Origin: Bacteroidota bacterium | GTDB lineage: Bacteria; Bacteroidota; Bacteroidia; NS11-12g; UBA955 | Direction of reading: 5' to 3' | DNA length: 50,507 nt | NCBI GenBank assembly: GCA_046074125.1 | Contig: JBJTNN010000299.1 | Coordinates: 1 to 50,507, forward strand | Part shown: positions 17,606 through 27,096 of the stretch, piece after piece | Numbering within the stretch: position 1 is the first letter of the stretch | Layout: each line of letters opens with the position of its first letter | Made by a program: the position numbers and the translations under genes | The notes under the pieces: model-generated | What the model saw: only the letters and a program-made list of their open reading frames with translations | Databases searched by the model: none | Told to the model about the DNA's origin: nothing

Positions 17606-18376
17606 TTAGTGATTAAGGAAGAAGTGGAAGCTATCGCCACGAAGTCCCATTCGCAGGGTTTCTAGGGGAATAATTTCATTGGGTGCGATGTTGCCCAAAT
17701 TCACATTGCTGCCATACAATTGGATAAACCAGACTTGTTGCTCTTTTTTGGGTGCTTCCCAAATGACGCTGTCTTGAGGAATTTTTCGGATAATTTCTGC
17801 CACCAAGCCGGAGCGCACTTCGCCTGTTCCGCGGAAAATACCCACGGTTCCCGACTCTCTGGCCTCACCAATTACTTTCCATGCACCGGCACTTAGTTCG
17901 GTCTCCATTTGCTCGATCCATTCGTAGGGAGGAATGATTTTCTCGGCGTCTTTGCTGCCTACTTCACTCAACACGGTATAGTTTTTCGACAGGGTTTGGA
18001 TGTATTCACATTTGGTGTCGTGGTTCATCTCCAAGCTTCCATCGCTTACTTCAACGTGGGTAAGTCCCAATTTATCGAGCAGGCGCAAATAATCATCAAA
18101 CTGATTGCGGGCGATGTAGGCTTCAAACAGGGTGCCACCCAGATAAACGGGGATATTGACACTTTGGTATAGTTTGATTTTTTCTTGGATTTTGGCGGTA
18201 AAGTATGAGGTGCCAAAGCCCAATTTGATGATGTCTGTGAGGGCTTCTCCGTTTTCCAAGAAATTCTCTACTTCACGCAAGCTTAATCCTTTGTCCATCA
18301 CCATGGTGAGGCCACTGTTGCGGGGTTTTTTGCTGCGATCGGGGAGTTGGGATAAGTTAAAAAGGTCTTGGTTCAT
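17606..18376 (-). CDS. comA: Phosphosulfolactate synthase (ComA family)
   Basis: 256 aa. KPRNSGLTMVMDKGL, IKLGFGTS, VEVSDGS and the overall length match the (2R)-phospho-3-sulfolactate synthase family. Confidence 0.8.
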   Translation of the reverse strand: MNQDLFNLSQLPDRSKKPRNSGLTMVMDKGLSLREVENFLENGEALTDIIKLGFGTSYFTAKIQEKIKLYQSVNIPVYLGGTLFEAYIARNQFDDYLRLLDKLGLTHVEVSDGSLEMNHDTKCEYIQTLSKNYTVLSEVGSKDAEKIIPPYEWIEQMETELSAGAWKVIGEARESGTVGIFRGTGEVRSGLVAEIIRKIPQDSVIWEAPKKEQQVWFIQLYGSNVNLGNIAPNEIIPLETLRMGLRGDSFHFFLNH

Positions 18377-19833
18377 GATCCTGTTCTAGGTTGTGTAAAT
18401 TTTGCTATGCAATTGAGAATGGCGGTAGCCTTTTTCAATTCAGGTGCGAAGGTAAACAATTGGATGTGTTCGTTGGCGTTGATTTCAAGGGCTTTCTCAA
18501 GCACGAAAATCGCGGCGGATGCCTGTCCAGACAGGTAACATAGGGCGGCCAATCGATAAAGGAGGCCACTGTGTTGGGGGTTATTGAGCAAACCGGTTTC
18601 GATGACATCGAGGGCTTTGTCTGATTCACCCACTTCGTACAATGAGGTACTGTAATCGAGCCAAACTTCTGGGTTGGTGGCGTGTTCTATGGCCAGTGAT
18701 TCATAGAGGACTTCCCATTTTTCTTGCATGTTTGCACCGAAATAGGCACTGGCGAGCACCATGCCATAGTCAGACTCGAAATGATCTAGGTCATACGCGC
18801 GTTCGAGGTAGGGGATGGCAGCAGAATAATTTTCTTCATAGTGCCAGGTCAAACCCATGGAGTACCAGCACTCGGCATCTTGGGGTTGGTGTTTCAGAAT
18901 TTCTTTGTAGATGGATCGGCAGGTTTTTACATCGCCTTGTTCGTAGTAACTCCAAGCGAGCAGGCCTTCCACTTCGGCGAAAGTTCTTTTGGGAAAGCGG
19001 GTTGCCAGCTCTTTGTAGGTATTGATAAAATCTTGGTAGTGACCCAATTCATAGGTGCATTCCAAGAATGTTACCCAAGCGTCGGCGAAATTTTCATTGA
19101 TGGTAACGGCGAAGTCGAGGGCTTTGAGGGCTTGTTCGTGGTCGCCCTGGGCCATATGACCTGACCCAAGCACATACCAAGCTTCGGCGGAATAGGGGTC
19201 TTGGTCGATGATTCGCTGAATCATGGGAAGGAGGGCATCGATAAGTCCGCCTTCTTCCGCTTTTTCAATGTATTTTTCGAGGATGACGCTTACTTCTGCG
19301 CCAGTGTCTAAGGCTTTTTCAAGGACGGGCATGGCCAAGTCGAACTGACCGTGGAACAGGGAAATTTCCAGAAAGTCTTCGAGCATGGCTTCTTCGTCGC
19401 CCATGTTTGCAAGCACGGTTGTCAATTCGTCCATGGCTTTCTTTTTATGGCCTTGCAAACTGTAGATCAGCGCTTGCATGAATCCCAAAGCGGGTTCGAA
19501 CGGGGTATATTGGAGGGCTTGCGCTACGATGTTGCGGGCTTTGGCCAATTTCTGATCGCGAATGAGCCATTCTGCCATGTGCAAAGAGAAAATGGGCATG
19601 TAGGGAAACTGCTGAATGGCGGTTTCAAGGATAATTTTGATGTAGGTATCGGCGCGATATTGTCCGGTTTTGGCGGGGAACTGACTGGCATAATAGCGGT
19701 ACAATTCCAACCATTCACGGGCTGAAAAATTTTGACGTTGTTTGCTTTCGAAGTCGCGGACCAGGGCGTCTACATCACCTTGGAAAACATCTTCTTCTTC
19801 GTCGTCGTCCCAATCAGAGGAAAAGAAACTCAT
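18373..19833 (-). CDS. TPR-repeat protein with an acidic N-terminus
   Basis: Multiple TPR-like A/Y/W repeats (AEAWYVLGSGHMAQGDHEQALKALDFAV, etc.). ATG 19833 is preferred over the TTG at 19896. Its stop overlaps the comA start (ATGA). Confidence 0.7.
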   Translation of the reverse strand: MSFFSSDWDDDEEEDVFQGDVDALVRDFESKQRQNFSAREWLELYRYYASQFPAKTGQYRADTYIKIILETAIQQFPYMPIFSLHMAEWLIRDQKLAKARNIVAQALQYTPFEPALGFMQALIYSLQGHKKKAMDELTTVLANMGDEEAMLEDFLEISLFHGQFDLAMPVLEKALDTGAEVSVILEKYIEKAEEGGLIDALLPMIQRIIDQDPYSAEAWYVLGSGHMAQGDHEQALKALDFAVTINENFADAWVTFLECTYELGHYQDFINTYKELATRFPKRTFAEVEGLLAWSYYEQGDVKTCRSIYKEILKHQPQDAECWYSMGLTWHYEENYSAAIPYLERAYDLDHFESDYGMVLASAYFGANMQEKWEVLYESLAIEHATNPEVWLDYSTSLYEVGESDKALDVIETGLLNNPQHSGLLYRLAALCYLSGQASAAIFVLEKALEINANEHIQLFTFAPELKKATAILNCIAKFTQPRTGS

Positions 19834-20040
19834 TGAGTCAAAATTACTATCATCCAAGTGCGAAGGCGGGGGATGGGAGCGGCTGTTCTTCCCCAACTTT
19901 TACACATACTTTTAGGTATGGCGCGGCAATCCTCAATTTTATTGAAGAATAATCGACGGGCTGTCAGTAAATTGCGAGACCGAAACCCAGAGATTGTGTG
20001 TTTGTTCACACAGATTCAATGGAAAATCGGTTGATTTTGT

Positions 20041-20652
20041 ATGTTGGCACCTTTGATTTTTGGATTGGGCACGGGTTTCGTGATGAGCATTTCGCTGGGT
20101 GCGGTGTTTTTTCTATTGATTCAGGCGGGTTTGGCTGGGGGGTGGCGAAAGGGATTGCCTTTGGCCTTGGGGGTGATTGTGGGCGACATGATTTATGTGA
20201 CGTTGGCATTGCATTTTTCGGAGGCCATTACGGAGTCGCTGGTGTCGTACCGTTCAACGATAGCCTTATGTGGGGCACTGGTGTTTTGGATTTTGGCGGT
20301 GATTCATATTTTTCATCATCAGAAGGCCAAGAGCAAGGGGGTGGATGAGCGATTGATGCAGATGAAGGATTGGCAATTGTGGTTGAAGTCGTTTGCAATA
20401 AATGTGTTGAACCCGGTAAATATTGCTTGGTGGCTGAGTTTATACAGTTTGCCGCCGGCTGCAGATTTCACCTATTCTGGTAAGTGGTTGTTTGGGATTG
20501 CCACTTTGGCCACGGTTTTGTGCACGGAGTTGGGGGTTGCTTGGGGAGCGGGTAAAATAAAAAACTACCTCACAGAGGCGAGGATTCGACAAATCGACTT
20601 GTTTTTGGCCGTTTTGTTTTTTGGGATGGGGGTTTATTTGATGACGGTCTGA
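20041..20652 (+). CDS. LysE/RhtB-family amino-acid exporter
   Basis: 203 aa with about 6 TM helices. The N-terminal PGP-less variant FGLGTGFVMSISLGAVFF is typical of LysE-type translocators. Confidence 0.7.
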   Translation: MLAPLIFGLGTGFVMSISLGAVFFLLIQAGLAGGWRKGLPLALGVIVGDMIYVTLALHFSEAITESLVSYRSTIALCGALVFWILAVIHIFHHQKAKSKGVDERLMQMKDWQLWLKSFAINVLNPVNIAWWLSLYSLPPAADFTYSGKWLFGIATLATVLCTELGVAWGAGKIKNYLTEARIRQIDLFLAVLFFGMGVYLMTV

Positions 20653-21038
20653 CAGAGTTCTGTGAGGACCGAATTGGTTGATTTTGGGTGCAGAAAGGCG
20701 ATGATTTTTCCATCGGCGCCGGGCTTTGGTTGGGTGTGGATGAGTTCAAACCCTTGGTTGGATTTTTCTGTCAGGGAATCGCTAAGGTTATCAACTTCAA
20801 AGGCTAGGTGGTGCAATCCTTCACCTTTTTTCTCGATGAATTTGGCGATGGTGCTACTTTCTTGGGTGGCTGCGAGCAATTCAATTTTTACATCGCCCAC
20901 CTGAAAAAAAGAGGTAATGACATGCTCACTTTCTACGACTTCACGCTTGTAGGGTGAAACGCCGAGCAGGCGGGTAAAAAGGGCTTCTGAGGCCTCCAAA
21001 TTTGCAACAGCAATGCCAATGTGTTCGAGTTTGTTCAT
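20634..21038 (-). CDS. mce: Methylmalonyl-CoA epimerase (VOC/glyoxalase fold)
   Basis: MNKLEHIGIAVANLE..., GEGLHHLAFEVDN and FLHPKSTNSVLTEL are classic epimerase motifs. ATG 21038 is preferred over the start at 21062. Confidence 0.8.
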   Translation of the reverse strand: MNKLEHIGIAVANLEASEALFTRLLGVSPYKREVVESEHVITSFFQVGDVKIELLAATQESSTIAKFIEKKGEGLHHLAFEVDNLSDSLTEKSNQGFELIHTQPKPGADGKIIAFLHPKSTNSVLTELCQTVIK

Positions 21039-21111
21039 GGAAAAATTCACTGCAAAGTACATTCTTTTGATAGAAAGTTTAAATACCGAAACAATCTGAG
21101 GGCATATGCGT

Positions 21112-21119
21112 TAATTTTG
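21112..21119 (+). promoter_or_regulatory. -7 box TAATTTTG upstream of iscS
   Basis: Matches TAnnTTTG and lies 34 nt upstream of ATG 21154. Confidence 0.3.
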
Positions 21120-21153
21120 CAGTTTAGAAACTCTCTAAATAACCCCGTTGATT

Positions 21154-22368
21154 ATGTTGAAATTGCCCGTATATCTCGATAATAATGCTACCACTCAGGT
21201 AGATCCACGCGTGTTTGAAGCGATGACTCCTTACTTTTTGGAGGCCTATGGAAATGCAGCCAGTAAGAGCCATCCATTTGGCTGGAAGGCTGAAGAGGCT
21301 GTAGACTATGCCCGTGAGCAAATCGCGCAGTTAATTGGTGGCAATGAGAAAGAAATTATTTTCACCAGTGGTGCCACGGAGAGCAACAATTTGGCCATCA
21401 AAGGTGTGTTTGAGATGTACGCCAGCAAGGGCAATCATATCATCACTTTGTCTACCGAGCACAAAGCGGTGTTAGACACTTGTAAGCACTTGGAAAAGTT
21501 GGGGGCTGAGGTGACTTATTTGTCGGTGGGTGGTGATGGTTTGGTGACCGTCGAGGCCATTGAGGCGGCGATTAAGCCCAATACAATTTTGGTGACTGTG
21601 ATGTACGGTAACAATGAATTGGGTGTATTACAGCCGATTCGTGAAATTGGTGCCTTGTGTAAAAGCAAAGGGGTTTTGTTTCACACGGATGCTACCCAAG
21701 CGGTGGGCAAAATTCCGGTAGATGTAATGGCTGATCACATCGACTTGATGAGTTTTACGGCGCATAAGATGTACGGTCCAAAGGGAGTAGGTGCATTGTA
21801 TGTACGCAGGAAGAATCCAAGGGTTAAGGTAACAGCCCAAATGGATGGGGGCGGCCACGAGCGTGGTATGCGCAGCGGCACATTGAATGTTCCAGGAATC
21901 GTTGGGTTTGGTAAAGCTTGTGAGATTGCGCGCTTGGAAATGGCGGAAGAGGGTGCACGTTTACAAAAAATGCGTGACCGATTGGAGGCCGCACTGTTGC
22001 AGTTGGAAGAAAGTTATTTGAACGGTAACAAAACGCATCGCTTGCCTCATACCAGCAACATCAGTTTCAAGTATGTGGAAGGTGAAGGTTTGATGATGGG
22101 CATCAAGGACATTGCTGTATCGAGTGGTTCGGCTTGTACTTCCGCTTCGTTGGAGCCCAGTTATGTATTGAAGAGTTTGGGATTGGACGATGAGTTGGCA
22201 CACAGTTCATTGCGATTTGGTTTGGGTCGATTCACAACGGATGAGGAAATCGATTACACCATCGAATGTGTGTCTGGTGCAGTGAACAAGCTGCGTGATA
22301 TGAGTCCTTTGTGGGAGATGTTCAAAGAGGGCATCGACTTGAAAACCATTGAATGGAGCGAACATTAA
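21154..22368 (+). CDS. iscS: Cysteine desulfurase IscS/NifS (class I)
   Basis: YLDNNATT, the PLP-lysine context [12 protein letters not shown], and the active-site loop SSGSACTS. Confidence 0.9.
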   Translation: MLKLPVYLDNNATTQVDPRVFEAMTPYFLEAYGNAASKSHPFGWKAEEAVDYAREQIAQLIGGNEKEIIFTSGATESNNLAIKGVFEMYASKGNHIITLSTEHKAVLDTCKHLEKLGAEVTYLSVGGDGLVTVEAIEAAIKPNTILVTVMYGNNELGVLQPIREIGALCKSKGVLFHTDATQAVGKIPVDVMADHIDLMSFTAHKMYGPKGVGALYVRRKNPRVKVTAQMDGGGHERGMRSGTLNVPGIVGFGKACEIARLEMAEEGARLQKMRDRLEAALLQLEESYLNGNKTHRLPHTSNISFKYVEGEGLMMGIKDIAVSSGSACTSASLEPSYVLKSLGLDDELAHSSLRFGLGRFTTDEEIDYTIECVSGAVNKLRDMSPLWEMFKEGIDLKTIEWSEH

Positions 22369-22417
22369 TGCTTGTTTAGAATCTATCTAAATTGTAAATT
22401 TGTAAAAGAAAGAAACC

Positions 22418-22834
22418 ATGGCATATTCAGATAAAGTTGTTGATCATTACACCAATCCCAGAAATATTGGTACTTTGGACAAATCCAAAAACACCGTAGG
22501 TACAGGTTTGGTTGGAGCCCCCGAGTGTGGCGATGTAATGCGTTTGCAAATTGAAGTGAATCACGAGACAGGCATCATCGAAGACGCCAAATTCAAAACG
22601 TTTGGGTGTGGATCTGCGATTGCTTCTTCTTCTTTGGCCACGGAGTGGTTGAAGGGTAAATCGATTGATGAGGCTTTGAAGATCGATAACATGGAAATCG
22701 TGGAGGAGTTGGCCCTGCCGCCGGTAAAGATTCACTGTTCTGTGTTGGCGGAGGATGCCATTCGTTCTGCGATCAACGACTACCGCGCCAAAAACGGTTT
22801 GGAGCCCATTGAGAGCGAAAAAACGCACTTCTAA
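22418..22834 (+). CDS. iscU: Fe-S cluster scaffold IscU
   Basis: HYTNPRN, GAPECGD, FKTFGCGSAIASSS and LPPVKIHCS motifs. Confidence 0.9.
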   Translation: MAYSDKVVDHYTNPRNIGTLDKSKNTVGTGLVGAPECGDVMRLQIEVNHETGIIEDAKFKTFGCGSAIASSSLATEWLKGKSIDEALKIDNMEIVEELALPPVKIHCSVLAEDAIRSAINDYRAKNGLEPIESEKTHF

Positions 22835-22845
22835 ACAGATGTAAT

Positions 22846-23193
22846 ATGGTTGCCCAAGGAAACGAAATCACCATCACCGACAAGGCCTTGAACAAGGCTT
22901 ATGATTTGATGCGGGAGTCGAATATTTCCGCTGCCGATCATTTTTTACGTGTTGGGGTAAAGGGCGGGGGTTGTTCTGGGCTCACGTACGAGTTGGATTT
23001 TGACAATGAGGACAAACCCGGCGATATGCAATTTGGCGACGAGCGATTGAAGATTGTTTGCGACATGAAGAGTTTTCTCTATTTGTGTGGTACGGAGCTC
23101 GATTTTTCTGACGGATTGAATGGCAAGGGATTCAACTTCATTAACCCCAATGCTTCGCGCACTTGTGGTTGTGGAGAGAGTTTCTCCATTTGA
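22846..23193 (+). CDS. iscA: A-type Fe-S carrier (IscA/HesB/ErpA family)
   Basis: GGGCSG and the C-terminal CGCGESF motif; 115 aa. Confidence 0.85.
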   Translation: MVAQGNEITITDKALNKAYDLMRESNISAADHFLRVGVKGGGCSGLTYELDFDNEDKPGDMQFGDERLKIVCDMKSFLYLCGTELDFSDGLNGKGFNFINPNASRTCGCGESFSI

Positions 23194-23405
23194 TGGAAAC
23201 ATTAACGATTCACACCCCTTTTATTCAACTGAACCAAGCCCTGAAATTATTGGGTTGGGTTGAAAGCGGCGCCATGGCCAATGAGGTTATTGACCAAGGT
23301 TTGGTCGTTGTAAATGAAGTGCAAGAATACCGCCGAAGGAACAAGTTGTATCCGGGTATGGTGATTGTATTTGAAGGTCAAACCGCGGTTATTGCGGCAG
23401 AATAA
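23193..23405 (+). CDS. S4-domain RNA-binding protein (YbcJ-like)
   Basis: 70 aa from an ATG that overlaps the iscA stop (TGATG). IQLNQALKLLGWVESGAMANEVIDQGLVVVNEV fits the S4 alpha-L motif. Confidence 0.55.
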   Translation: METLTIHTPFIQLNQALKLLGWVESGAMANEVIDQGLVVVNEVQEYRRRNKLYPGMVIVFEGQTAVIAAE

Positions 23406-23410
23406 ATTTC

Positions 23411-25984
23411 TTACACTACCACGTTGATAATACGTCCTTTTACGAGGATGAATTTTTTCAAGGGCTTACCTTCCATCCATTTGATTACCAACTCGTTGTT
23501 TAGCACGGCAGTTTGGATGTCGGCTTCACTCGCAGACAATTCGAATTCGATTTGTGCCCGTGTTTTGCCGTTGATGCTGATGGGGTAATTGAATGAATTT
23601 TCGATCAAATGACTGGCATCGTACTTGGGCCAGGTGGCCAAGTGAATGCTGTTTGAATGTCCGAGCTGACTCCACAATTCTTCGGTGATGTGGGGGGCAA
23701 AAGGTGCCATCAAAATCAACAGTGTTTCCAGCACCTCTTGTTTGCGGCATTTGAGGGTGCCCAATTCATTTGTTGCCACCATGAACGCTGAAACGGAGGT
23801 ATTAAAGCTCATTGATTCAATGTCTTCGGTAACTTTCTTGATGGTTTTATGCAGAATTTTGAGCTCTGCCGCGGAGGGAGTTTCTTGGGTAACTGCCCAT
23901 TGTTCCCCTTCATAGAATAAGCGCCAAAATTTTCCGAAGAAGCGGCTCACCCCTTCAATTCCGTGGGTGTTCCAGGGTTTAGAGTCGGTCAGAGGACCCA
24001 AAAACATCTCATACATTCTGAGGGTGTCTGCCCCGTATTGTGCGCAAACATCGTCGGGATTCACTACGTTGCCCCAGCGTTTGCTCATTTTTTGTCCATC
24101 TTCCCCCATGATCATCCCTTGGTTAACCAGGCGTTGGAAGGGTTCATCCCAGGTGATGTACCCCAAATCGAAGAGGAATTTTGTCCAGAAGCGACTGTAC
24201 AATAAGTGTCCGGTGGCATGCTCAGATCCACCTACATACAAATCCACTTGTTGCCAATAGTTGAGGGCTTCTTTTGAGGCCAATTCGTTGGTGTTTTGGG
24301 GATCGGTATAACGAAGGAAGTACCAGCTGCTTCCGGCCCAACCGGGCATGGTGTCGGTTTCTCTTTTACCCTGGGGTGTATTTACCCAATGGGAAACTGC
24401 CGAGAGGGGACTTTCTCCATTGCCTGTAGGTTTGTAGCTTTCTACCTGGGGCAATTCCACGGGAAGTTGGTTCACCAACTGGGGTATTCCGGCTTCGTTA
24501 TAAACGATGGGGAAAGGTTCTCCCCAATAGCGTTGTCGACCAAAACCTGCTTCGCGCAGTTTGTAATTGACTTTGGCTTGTCCCCACCCTGCTTTTTCCA
24601 CTTTTTCTATGGCGGCGGCAATGGCTTCCTTCACGGTAAGTCCATCTAAGAAACCCGAATTGAAACAAACGCCATCTTTTGCACTGAAGGCTTCAGTGAG
24701 GGGAAGGGTTAATTCGCTGTTGGCGGGTTTGATTACAGGAACGATGTTCAGGTTAAAGGTGGTTGCAAAGGCAAAATCGCGTTCATCGTGTGCGGGTACG
24801 GCCATAATGATGCCGGTGCCGTAATTGGCGAGAACGTAGTCGCTCACCCAAACGGGAATGGGTTCTCCGGTAAAAGGGTTGATGGCTTCTACGCCTGTAA
24901 ACACACCGGTTTTGGTGGTATCTGCCATGCGGTCAATTTCGCTGCGATTTTTGGCTTTGTTGGCATAGGCTTGTACTTCGGGCCATTGGTCATCGCTGCA
25001 GAATTCTTGAAGATTTTCTAGTTCTGGTGCAACAACCATGAATGTAGCACCGAAGATGGTATCGGGGCGTGTGGTAAATACTTTGAGGGTTTTGAGGGTG
25101 CCTCTCACCACGAAATCTATCTCGGCTCCTTGACTTTTGCCTATCCAGTTGCGTTGAATTTCTTTGATGGCGTCACTCCATTGAAGGGTGTTCAATCCTT
25201 CGAGGAGTCGATCGGCGTAAGCGGTGATCCGCAAACTCCATTGTTTCATTTTTTTGCGAACCACAGGGTAGCCTCCGCGTTCACTTACGCCGTTGATGAC
25301 TTCTTCATTGGCGAGTACTGTACCCATGGCTTCGCACCAGTTCACGGTAGTTTCATCAATGAAAGCCAAGCGAAATTGGTTGAGAATGCTGTGTTGTTGT
25401 TGGGCCGACATGGCATTCCATTCGCTGGCGGTAAACGCTTCAATTTTACCACCGTGTGCATTTAACTGTTGAGAACCTTGGGTTTCAAAATGGCTGATCA
25501 GTGCAGCGATGGGTTCGGCTTTTTGGCTTTGTTTGTTGTACCAGTGTTCGAAGAACAGGGCGAATATTTGTTGGGTAAATTGATAATAATTGGGGTCGCA
25601 GGTTTTTACTTGTCGGTCCCAATCGTAGGAAAATCCCATGATATTCAACTGTTCACGGAAACGCTGAATGTTTTGCTCTGTGGTTACGGCGGGATGCTGA
25701 CCTGTTTGGATGGCATATTGTTCTGCGGGCAAACCAAAGGCATCATAACCCATGGGGTGCAGTACATTGTAACCGTTGAGGCGTTTGTAACGCGCCACGA
25801 TATCACTGGCGATATATCCGAGGGGATGGCCTACGTGCAAACCACTTCCTGAAGGGTAGGGAAACATGTCTAGCACATAGTACTTGGGCTTATTGGCATC
25901 GATGGAAACGGTATACAACTTGGTGTTTTCCCATTGTTTTTGCCATTTGTGTTCAATTTCTGAGAAGGAGTATTGTGCTGACAT
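23411..25984 (-). CDS. leuS: Leucyl-tRNA synthetase
   Basis: 857 aa. HVGHPLGY (HIGH), KMSKRWGN (KMSKS), a CP1 editing insertion and bacterial LeuS length. Confidence 0.95.
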   Translation of the reverse strand: MSAQYSFSEIEHKWQKQWENTKLYTVSIDANKPKYYVLDMFPYPSGSGLHVGHPLGYIASDIVARYKRLNGYNVLHPMGYDAFGLPAEQYAIQTGQHPAVTTEQNIQRFREQLNIMGFSYDWDRQVKTCDPNYYQFTQQIFALFFEHWYNKQSQKAEPIAALISHFETQGSQQLNAHGGKIEAFTASEWNAMSAQQQHSILNQFRLAFIDETTVNWCEAMGTVLANEEVINGVSERGGYPVVRKKMKQWSLRITAYADRLLEGLNTLQWSDAIKEIQRNWIGKSQGAEIDFVVRGTLKTLKVFTTRPDTIFGATFMVVAPELENLQEFCSDDQWPEVQAYANKAKNRSEIDRMADTTKTGVFTGVEAINPFTGEPIPVWVSDYVLANYGTGIIMAVPAHDERDFAFATTFNLNIVPVIKPANSELTLPLTEAFSAKDGVCFNSGFLDGLTVKEAIAAAIEKVEKAGWGQAKVNYKLREAGFGRQRYWGEPFPIVYNEAGIPQLVNQLPVELPQVESYKPTGNGESPLSAVSHWVNTPQGKRETDTMPGWAGSSWYFLRYTDPQNTNELASKEALNYWQQVDLYVGGSEHATGHLLYSRFWTKFLFDLGYITWDEPFQRLVNQGMIMGEDGQKMSKRWGNVVNPDDVCAQYGADTLRMYEMFLGPLTDSKPWNTHGIEGVSRFFGKFWRLFYEGEQWAVTQETPSAAELKILHKTIKKVTEDIESMSFNTSVSAFMVATNELGTLKCRKQEVLETLLILMAPFAPHITEELWSQLGHSNSIHLATWPKYDASHLIENSFNYPISINGKTRAQIEFELSASEADIQTAVLNNELVIKWMEGKPLKKFILVKGRIINVVV

Positions 25985-26042
25985 AAAGGTTGCGGGTGCG
26001 AAAATACAATAGATGGCGGTTTTTTAACGACCTTTGCGGTTC

Positions 26043-27038
26043 ATGGCCGATAGCAATTTTATTGATTACGTGAAGATTTGCTGCAGAAGTGGTAGCGGAG
26101 GACCGGGTAGCAGGCATTATAATCGCACCAAAATGAACCCTAGAGGGGGTCCAGACGGTGGAGATGGTGGCAAGGGTGGCGACATTGTATTGAAGGGGAA
26201 TGCCCAATTGTGGACATTGATTCATTTGAAATATCGCAAGCATGTGATGGCGACCGATGGAATAGCGGGCAGTGAGAATCGCAGTTCAGGAGCTTATGGA
26301 GAATCGGTGGTGTTGGAGGTGCCATTGGGAACGGTGGCCAAGGATGCAGAAACGGGAGAGGTGTTATTTGAGATTACGGAGGATGGGGAGCGCAAAGTGT
26401 TGGTTCCTGGGGGCCGCGGAGGATTGGGTAACTGGCATTTCGCCAACAGTGTAAACCAAGCGCCTCAGTATGCACAACCGGGAGAGCCGGGCATAGAGCG
26501 ATGGATAGTGTTGGAATTGAAGGTGTTGGCTGATGTGGGTTTGGTGGGGTTCCCCAATGCGGGTAAGAGTACATTGTTGAGTGTGATTTCAGCGGCAAAA
26601 CCCGAGATTGCTGACTATCCTTTCACCACGTTGGTGCCCAATTTGGGGGTGGTTAATTACCGTGATTATCGCAGTTTTATTGTGGCAGATATTCCCGGAA
26701 TCATTGAAGGAGCGAGTGAAGGTAGGGGATTGGGTCATCGGTTTTTGCGCCACATTGAACGAAATGCGGCTTTGTTGTTTTTGATTCCTGCGGATAGCCC
26801 AGACCACAAAAATGAATTTTTAACCTTGCTGAGTGAATTGGAGAAATTCAATCCGGAATTGGTGGTAAAGCAGCGTGTGGTGGCGGTGAGCAAGGCAGAT
26901 ATGTTGGATGAAGAGTTGAAGGAAGAAATCAGACAGCAACTCAAAGGGGTGGAGGTATTGTTCTTCAGTTCAGTAACCGAACAGGGAGTGTCCGAATTGT
27001 TGGATGTTTTATGGCGAACGGTGTCGGCGGATGTCTAA
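26043..27038 (+). CDS. obg: GTPase Obg/CgtA
   Basis: Glycine-rich Obg fold ([26 protein letters not shown]), then GFPNAGKST and [12 protein letters not shown] 26043 is preferred. Confidence 0.9.
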   Translation: MADSNFIDYVKICCRSGSGGPGSRHYNRTKMNPRGGPDGGDGGKGGDIVLKGNAQLWTLIHLKYRKHVMATDGIAGSENRSSGAYGESVVLEVPLGTVAKDAETGEVLFEITEDGERKVLVPGGRGGLGNWHFANSVNQAPQYAQPGEPGIERWIVLELKVLADVGLVGFPNAGKSTLLSVISAAKPEIADYPFTTLVPNLGVVNYRDYRSFIVADIPGIIEGASEGRGLGHRFLRHIERNAALLFLIPADSPDHKNEFLTLLSELEKFNPELVVKQRVVAVSKADMLDEELKEEIRQQLKGVEVLFFSSVTEQGVSELLDVLWRTVSADV

Positions 27039-27058
27039 CAAAATTGCTGGGTAGTTCG

Positions 27059-27066
27059 TATTTTTG
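27059..27066 (+). promoter_or_regulatory. -7 box TATTTTTG upstream of the first PPIase gene
   Basis: Matches TAnnTTTG and lies 30 nt upstream of ATG 27097. Confidence 0.35.
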
Positions 27067-27096
27067 AAGATTATAGGTGATAAAAAGTAAGATTGT

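Noticed and set aside
19995-20012. Inverted repeat tgtgtg-tttgtt-cacaca upstream of the LysE exporter, and the question of a riboswitch in the 144-nt leader (19897-20040).
   Set aside because: The stem is only 6 bp, and I recognise no riboswitch consensus (lysine, glycine, guanidine or others) in the leader. It is noted only as a possible operator.
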